From: a virus
Taxonomy: Duplodnaviria > Caudoviricetes
Virus record (IMG/VR): IMGVR_UViG_3300020414_002094
Coordinates: 1-31,251 of that record
Length of the DNA: 31,251 nucleotides
Reading direction: 5' to 3' (one strand)
In this document: piece by piece, positions 26,052 to 31,251 of the stretch
How positions within the stretch are numbered: position 1 is the first letter of the stretch
Layout: every line of letters starts with the position of its first letter
The notes under the pieces: generated by a model
The model's input: the letters and a program-made list of their open reading frames with translations, nothing else
Databases searched by the model: none
What the model was told of the DNA's origin: nothing
Program-made: the position numbers and the translations under genes

Positions 26052-27047
26052 AACTGGAGTTGGTCCTCCGAAGTTGGAGTTTCCACCTCCACCACCACCT
26101 AAGCCATCGATACCTGCTTCTGTGTTTCCTTTTTGGTTACTTCCGTCGTTGTCTGATGCCTTTCCGCCTCCACCTGGAACATGGGGAGGTTTATCTGCTT
26201 CGCCTTTATTGTTAACCCATCCATCTCTTCCTGATCCACCACCGCCACCACCAGCCCAAGAACCATTACCACCTTGATAAGGAGTGATTGAAGGAATACC
26301 GATTAAATCTCCAGTGTAAAGTGGGAAAGGTTGACCATTTCCTCCAAAAGAAGGTTGGTTTGTGTTATTTGTGAAATATGTGGCTTGAGCATTTTCTCCA
26401 GCAGCACTACCGCCACCTCCGCCGCCACCAGTGTAAAATGCACCACTTCCGCCAGGATTGCCATATTGAGTAATATTTGATATCCCTGGATTTTGTGCAG
26501 GTTGAGTTCCTGGTCCACCATCAATTCTAGACCATCCAGCACTATCGCGACCTCCACCACATCCACCATCCATGGAACCAGACCCGCCAGCACCACCTCC
26601 TTTTGCAGTGATAGATCCAAATTTACTATCACCACCTCTAGTAGCGTTAGGGCCACCTGGCGTCCATCTTGTTCCACCACTTCCTACACTGATGGGGACT
26701 GGTCCAGGCATGGGATGAGGTGCGCTGCTAATAACGATACCACCAGCACCGCCTCCTCCATTTTGACCTCCGCCGCCACCACCAACAATTAAGAAGTTGA
26801 CGGATACGCTACCACCACCGCCACCACCAACAGCAGCACCCTTAATTACTGAACTATCCCAAGTATTAGCAAAAGATAATCCTCCTGCTGTTGCATTAGC
26901 AGTTCCAGGTGAAGTGAACGTATAATAAGAATAACCATTTCCAGGAGTTGCTGTATAATCAGATCCGCTAATAGAAGCAGCAGTCTCCGACTGGAACCTA
27001 CCTATTTTACTATATTTTTCAAGTTTGCTAAGTTTAGAAATACTCAT
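26007..27047 (-). CDS. Gly/Pro-rich adhesin-like virion protein (class I)
   Basis: PGNGYSYYTFTSPG, FLIVGGGGGG and GGNGIVIIR. Confidence 0.8.
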   Translation of the reverse strand: MSISKLSKLEKYSKIGRFQSETAASISGSDYTATPGNGYSYYTFTSPGTANATAGGLSFANTWDSSVIKGAAVGGGGGGSVSVNFLIVGGGGGGQNGGGGAGGIVISSAPHPMPGPVPISVGSGGTRWTPGGPNATRGGDSKFGSITAKGGGAGGSGSMDGGCGGGRDSAGWSRIDGGPGTQPAQNPGISNITQYGNPGGSGAFYTGGGGGGGSAAGENAQATYFTNNTNQPSFGGNGQPFPLYTGDLIGIPSITPYQGGNGSWAGGGGGGSGRDGWVNNKGEADKPPHVPGGGGKASDNDGSNQKGNTEAGIDGLGGGGGGNSNFGGPTPVSKDGGNGIVIIRTG

Positions 27048-27511
27048 CAGCTTGGTTTAGTAGGCCAGGGTAAATCTTCAATATCTTCATACTGCATGAT
27101 GTCAGTTATAGTACTGGCAAAATTTCTAAGAAGGGTTCTATATTCTCTCCACTCCTGCTTTTTATCTTCTGTTATGGGATAATCTTCTACAAAAACGTAG
27201 TCGGAATCACTTAACAACTGATTTTTCCTTTGCTTGAGTGATACCCATCTCATTTCTGATAATTCTTCATCACCTATTAATGGATTATCTGTAACATCGT
27301 AACTCAATGTTTCAGAATTCCAATGTCTTTCCTGTCTCGTAAGGTCATAATCAGGTTCAGTATAAGGACCAGTAAATCCAGCGTCCTTTAATTCTTCATC
27401 TGTGTAAGTCGATACATCACTTCTAACCATCCCATTTGATAGTCTAATTCTATCAGGGAGAAATTTCGGTTCAGCACCATTGAGAGAGTAAAGTCTGTTG
27501 CTATCTGCCAT
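27047..27511 (-). CDS. phage tail-fibre assembly chaperone-like protein
   Basis: C-terminal W..LKQRKNQLLSDSDY...W.EYR..LR...WPTKP pattern typical of tail assembly chaperones. Confidence 0.75.
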   Translation of the reverse strand: MADSNRLYSLNGAEPKFLPDRIRLSNGMVRSDVSTYTDEELKDAGFTGPYTEPDYDLTRQERHWNSETLSYDVTDNPLIGDEELSEMRWVSLKQRKNQLLSDSDYVFVEDYPITEDKKQEWREYRTLLRNFASTITDIMQYEDIEDLPWPTKPS

Positions 27512-27528
27512 GGGTGATTACCTCAATA

Positions 27529-27903
27529 TTAAGAAATTTCTTCGTAAGAACAAACAACGTCCAAATCGTTACCATTAGACGCTGTGCAAACAATAGAACG
27601 ATCCTCTTCAAGATAAATCGCTGCGTTTTTATCAATAACAACCAAGGTAGAATCAGCAGCTACATCTATGGTATGAGCAAGTTTATATGCTGTACCGCCT
27701 CCATCATCTTCACTGTTGATAGAAATTGTAATAGCAGCAGAACTGCTACCATCATCGTTGGCAACAAGTATGTTGTTGATTTTAAAAACCTTCCCGCTAG
27801 AAGCAGGATTACTAACAAGAGTAGTTGCGCTTGTGTTTGTTAAATTTAAGTATGCTGTTTTGCCAGTAATAGTGGCAACATTTACAATGTTGGGTGCAGC
27901 CAT
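27529..27903 (-). CDS. small beta-rich adaptor-like virion protein
   Basis: MAAPNIVNV.TI.GKT...I.VAN.DG...TIDVAADSTLVVI....IYLEE...DLDVVCSYEEIS. Confidence 0.8.
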   Translation of the reverse strand: MAAPNIVNVATITGKTAYLNLTNTSATTLVSNPASSGKVFKINNILVANDDGSSSAAITISINSEDDGGGTAYKLAHTIDVAADSTLVVIDKNAAIYLEEDRSIVCTASNGNDLDVVCSYEEIS

Positions 27904-27924
27904 GGTTTTTAATCTCCGTAGTGA

Positions 27925-27932
27925 TATTTATG
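27925..27932 (-). promoter_or_regulatory. T4-type late promoter CATAAATA
   Basis: NATAAATA upstream of RBS GGAG and ATG 27903. Confidence 0.65.
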
Positions 27933-27940
27933 CATAATGA

Positions 27941-29038
27941 TTAACCAAAAACGATTGACATCGCAATTGCTTTACCAGTTGATGCCTTTGTCTCTAGTGC
28001 TGTCGCGACTTCAGTTGATCCACTACCTACATTAATACTGATAGATGAATATGCGGTTAAAATACCAACGGTGCTCACGCCAGTTGCGGATGTTGAATTA
28101 ACATTACCAGTTACGTTACCAGTTACGTCACCAGTTACGTTACCACCAACGTTACCAGTAACATTACCAGTGATATTACCGGTAAAAGTAGTTGCTGTAA
28201 CTGCAGTTCCACTAACGTTGCCTAGGAAGGTGGTTGCTGTAACAGCAGTTCCAGTTAAATTACCACTAAAATGAGTTGCAGTTGCTACTCCAACAGCGTT
28301 AATACCACCAGCAAGGACTTTGATTCCTGTTCGGGCGGTGATAATACCAATCGAATCTATGTTAGTTGCATCTTCATAAGTTAATACACCACCTACATTT
28401 ACATTTCCCGTAAATGTTGCAGCAACACCACTGATGTTTCTAATTCCAATATCATCAGTGCTTCTTAGTGCAAAAGGAGTGATATTTGCTGATGTGCCAG
28501 AAACGACAATGGTGGTTCCAGAACCAATGAAATTAAGACTGGTGATACCATATCCAATGTTAGTTCCACCTGAGTTGATACCAACACCCTGTTCGATACC
28601 ACTTAGATTGGAACCATCTCCGTAGAATGCTGTTGCAGAAACAATTCCAGTGCTAGCAGTAAGAGTAATGGCACTTCCAACAGTCGCATTGCCTGTAAGT
28701 GTGGATGATCCATTAACAACTAGATCACTACCAACAGTAAAGTTACCTGCTGCCTCAGACACAGAGGTGGCATTAAACGCTTTATACGCCACTGCTTCAA
28801 TTGCGTCACCATCAGAAGCGCCGCCATTCAATATAGAAAATGTAGAACCATCTGAGGAAGTATAATCACTTCCTTCAATCACCTTTACACCGTTAATGTA
28901 AATATCAAAATAACCAGGAGTATAACCAGAGTTGAATGTAAAATCTGTAGTGATTCCGCTAGCAGTGTAACTTTGTCTTGCTACCTGAACTGCAGAGTCA
29001 CTAGGAGATCTTCCAATATAACCGTTTTTACCTGCCAT
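27941..29038 (-). CDS. fibre-like structural protein ending GKAIAMSIVFG
   Basis: YIGRSP N-terminus, GDGSNL, YEDATNIDSIGIITAR and (GNVT)n modules, hydrophobic C-terminal tail. Confidence 0.8.
   Translation of the reverse strand: MAGKNGYIGRSPSDSAVQVARQSYTASGITTDFTFNSGYTPGYFDIYINGVKVIEGSDYTSSDGSTFSILNGGASDGDAIEAVAYKAFNATSVSEAAGNFTVGSDLVVNGSSTLTGNATVGSAITLTASTGIVSATAFYGDGSNLSGIEQGVGINSGGTNIGYGITSLNFIGSGTTIVVSGTSANITPFALRSTDDIGIRNISGVAATFTGNVNVGGVLTYEDATNIDSIGIITARTGIKVLAGGINAVGVATATHFSGNLTGTAVTATTFLGNVSGTAVTATTFTGNITGNVTGNVGGNVTGDVTGNVTGNVNSTSATGVSTVGILTAYSSISINVGSGSTEVATALETKASTGKAIAMSIVFG
28101..28184. repeat. 12-bp tandem repeat x7 encoding TGNV-type tetrapeptides
   Basis: acattaccagtt acgttaccagtt acgtcaccagtt acgttaccacca acgttaccagta acattaccagtg atattaccggta. 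Confidence 0.85.
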
Positions 29039-29589
29039 CAGCTAACTCCTGTAAGAACACTAAGACTTACGTCAACAGCATTATTAGTGTCACAATAGAC
29101 TCTAATCTCATCTTTAGACTCTAATACCGTTTTTCCTGTATCAGAGATAACAAAAGAACTTCCTGCAGGAATGGGGATTTTACTTGCAATCGCAACCGAT
29201 CCAGTAGAAGTAACTCCAACACTACTGTCTAAAAGTTCAACAGTAACATTAACACTGTTACTAGTATTGTTTGCAAAAGTACCACCAACTAAAATCGATT
29301 TAGTTGATACTGGGGAGGTATATGCTGTCGTAGGTCCTAGGAATCTTACAGTCTGACTGGTTGCACTTGCACCGTTCGTAGAATTACGATCAGTGTAGAT
29401 AGTTGTACCGACAATCTGAGCAACTCTCGTTCCAGCGATAAAGTTCTGATTATCAACCAAGTCAGAAACACCAATACCAGTGTTAGCAGTCACCGTAATC
29501 GTGGTTCCTGCAGCACCAATAGTGCTACCAGCATAGGTGGTCACAATACCCGCCGCTCTTGCTAGTGAATTTGAAAAAGCTTCTGCCAT
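29038..29589 (-). CDS. adaptor-like virion protein with an inserted domain
   Basis: C-terminal half FAN...IPIPAGSSFVI...KTVLE..DEIRV...VDVSLSVL matches the 27529/18424 family. Confidence 0.75.
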   Translation of the reverse strand: MAEAFSNSLARAAGIVTTYAGSTIGAAGTTITVTANTGIGVSDLVDNQNFIAGTRVAQIVGTTIYTDRNSTNGASATSQTVRFLGPTTAYTSPVSTKSILVGGTFANNTSNSVNVTVELLDSSVGVTSTGSVAIASKIPIPAGSSFVISDTGKTVLESKDEIRVYCDTNNAVDVSLSVLTGVS

Positions 29590-29609
29590 TTTCCTTTAAG
29601 TGTTATGAG

Positions 29610-29617
29610 TATTTATT
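29610..29617 (-). promoter_or_regulatory. T4-type late promoter AATAAATA
   Basis: Upstream of ATG 29589. Confidence 0.65.
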
Positions 29618-29620
29618 AAA

Positions 29621-30688
29621 TTAACCGCCAAGAGCGATTGCGAGTCCGATAGAGACACCTGGAGTTACGATTGCAGTGGCAATACCACCAGATATAGTAA
29701 CATCCATAGCAGTTCCGTTTGTTGATTTAAAATCAACGATTGTTGCACCTGTTCCAACAAAAGTTCCTTCTGAAGAAACACCAATAGTACCACCACTAGT
29801 AGCAGTGATATTGGTTAAGTTCGCACCGTCACCGTAGAATGCCGTTGCACTTACGATTCCAGTGGAACCATACATGGTAATCGCAGTACCTACGGTAGCG
29901 ATTCCAGTTGCTAAGAAGTCTTTGGTAGTAATCGCGGTGCTAACGTTGATTCTTCTACCAGTAACCTCATCATAAACAATATCATCAGCGACATATAAGT
30001 CACCACCAACATAAAGATCTCCACCAGTGGTAGTGATACCTCCTGATGAAGCGAGTGTAGTGATTCCAGTGACATCAAGACTAGAGTTGATGTCAACTGC
30101 GCCGCCGATAGTAGTGATACCAGAAACATTTAAAGTTCCTGAGATGTCAGCGAAGGAGTTGATGTCTACATTTCCAGTGAAAGTAGAAACACCAGCGTTG
30201 ATAGTTGTAGCAGTAAATCCTGCTCCAGCTACCTGTAATCCATCTTGAATAAAGACATAATCTCTAAATGTGGAATATCCTACAAGAGTAGAAATTCCAG
30301 CAACAAATAACTCATCAAGCGAGGTATCATCTAAGTTGATATCACCAGTGACATGCATGTCACCAAAGACGTATAACGCGGTTGTTCCTGTGCTAACAGG
30401 ACCACGAACGTCTAAAGTATATGCTGGCAACGAAGTACCAACACCAACGTTGTTAGATGAGTTACTTACATAAAAAATACTACCAGAGGCACCAACCTGA
30501 ACGTCGGTGACAAAGGTAGACATTCCTGAAACGATGATGTCGGTTGCACCGATACCACCTCTTACATCAAGAGTTTTTGTAGGTTGGGTTGATCCGATAC
30601 CTACATTCTTAGAAGTACCATCAACGAGAACTGCGTTTGATGCAACTTCTAACCCGTTTTTGACGACAAAATTCTTATTGACTGCCAT
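29621..30688 (-). CDS. fibre-like structural protein ending GLAIALGG
   Basis: NFVVKNGL N-terminus; VGIGST.P, TTGGDLYVGGDL and GDGANL modules; hydrophobic C-terminal tail. Confidence 0.8.
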   Translation of the reverse strand: MAVNKNFVVKNGLEVASNAVLVDGTSKNVGIGSTQPTKTLDVRGGIGATDIIVSGMSTFVTDVQVGASGSIFYVSNSSNNVGVGTSLPAYTLDVRGPVSTGTTALYVFGDMHVTGDINLDDTSLDELFVAGISTLVGYSTFRDYVFIQDGLQVAGAGFTATTINAGVSTFTGNVDINSFADISGTLNVSGITTIGGAVDINSSLDVTGITTLASSGGITTTGGDLYVGGDLYVADDIVYDEVTGRRINVSTAITTKDFLATGIATVGTAITMYGSTGIVSATAFYGDGANLTNITATSGGTIGVSSEGTFVGTGATIVDFKSTNGTAMDVTISGGIATAIVTPGVSIGLAIALGG

Positions 30689-30723
30689 TCGGGTTCACTC
30701 TCCCCCGCGTATTGTTATATGCT

Positions 30724-30731
30724 TATTTATA
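30724..30731 (-). promoter_or_regulatory. T4-type late promoter TATAAATA
   Basis: Exact consensus upstream of ATG 30688. Confidence 0.75.
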
Positions 30732-31250
30732 CTACCAGTTCGCTTCGTACCTAGAATCACTTGTAAATGTTCCTTGATTAGGAGTGACTTGTAAGTCATT
30801 AAAGTCACTATCAAGGTTATCATCCAACTGAAGTGTATTACCAGATAATCTAAACGATAATCCTCTTCCACCTGAAGCAGTTTGACCTGTCCTTGTATAA
30901 ACAGCACCTCTACTAATCTGAGCAGTCACACTTCCACCATTAGGTCCAAATGTAAGTGAAGATGGACCAGTGCCACTTTGTTTTGAGAAAGTAACAGTAT
31001 TACTATCACCAGCCTCTCTACTTATAGAGAACGTGACAGTTTTCTCTGTTGTTGTATTGGATTTAGGTGGTATAAGGGGCGTATGGTCGTCTGTAGCAAC
31101 ATATCTCTCAATAGAAATAAATGCAACGTCGTCATTGCCACCGAGTCGTGTTCCCTCAGGTAAAACAGAACTAGACAAGAGTTCTATTTGACCAGATTGG
31201 TATCCTGATGCTCCTCCTCCACCACCATTATTACCTGTTCCTTGACCACC
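30732..31250 (-). CDS. C-terminal part of a larger Gly-containing structural protein (start lies outside the window)
   Basis: The frame is open to the right edge: ...GGQGTGNNGGGGGASGYQSGQIELLSSSV...; ends with L.LDD..D.DFNDL.VT. Confidence 0.7.
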   Translation of the reverse strand, partial: GGQGTGNNGGGGGASGYQSGQIELLSSSVLPEGTRLGGNDDVAFISIERYVATDDHTPLIPPKSNTTTEKTVTFSISREAGDSNTVTFSKQSGTGPSSLTFGPNGGSVTAQISRGAVYTRTGQTASGGRGLSFRLSGNTLQLDDNLDSDFNDLQVTPNQGTFTSDSRYEANW

Positions 31251-31251
31251 T

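Noticed and set aside
2051-27047. (CCA)n / (CCG)n runs as microsatellites or a CRISPR-like array
   Set aside because: They are polyglycine codons inside CDSs, with no repeat-spacer periodicity.
2051-27047. Collagen-like proteins
   Set aside because: There is no sustained Gly-X-Y periodicity; the pattern is Gly runs separated by loops, as in polyglycine-II bundles.
30695-30907. 70-aa minus-strand ORF
   Set aside because: It overlaps the real CDS out of frame and spans the late promoter.
2218-31191. Many 60-170 aa alternative-frame and antisense ORFs (VVVE-, HHH-, PPP- or STTT-rich) within Gly-rich and fibre genes
   Set aside because: They are shadows of GGT/GGA/ACT-rich codon usage that lacks stops in other frames; they have no RBS or family motifs.
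1-31251. Diversity-generating retroelement or invertase shufflon explaining adhesin diversity
   Set aside because: No reverse transcriptase, recombinase, adenine-specific template/variable repeat pair or flanking inverted crossover sites were seen in this window.
1-31251. tRNA, rRNA or structured ncRNA genes
   Set aside because: Intergenic gaps are nearly all under 50 nt and no cloverleaf or known RNA motif was seen.

Overview
This window looks like part of a T4-like marine cyanophage (myovirus) genome, most likely a hypervariable structural/accessory island. Almost all genes are on the minus strand, and T4-type late promoters (NATAAATA/CTAAATA) recur. The region alternates two kinds of block. 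(1) Structural cassettes: fibre-like proteins built from shared short modules, small beta-sandwich 'adaptor' proteins, a tail-fibre chaperone-like protein, and seven complete ~300-365 aa Gly/Pro-rich adhesin-like proteins (an eighth Gly-containing gene is cut by the right edge). (2) Blocks of tailoring-type enzymes, mostly AT-rich, that follow Gly-rich genes: 15 2OG-Fe(II)/DSBH-fold oxygenase-like genes, a tryptophan-halogenase-family flavoprotein, a SAM methyltransferase and a sulfotransferase. The left end holds small early-type genes behind sigma70-like promoters. The most interesting pattern is an apparent docking code: the C-terminal domain type of each upstream gene predicts the N-terminal peptide of the next gene. 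This suggests a modular, branched multi-adhesin apparatus, possibly chemically tailored by the interleaved enzymes. Family calls come from motif recognition by eye; no searches were run.
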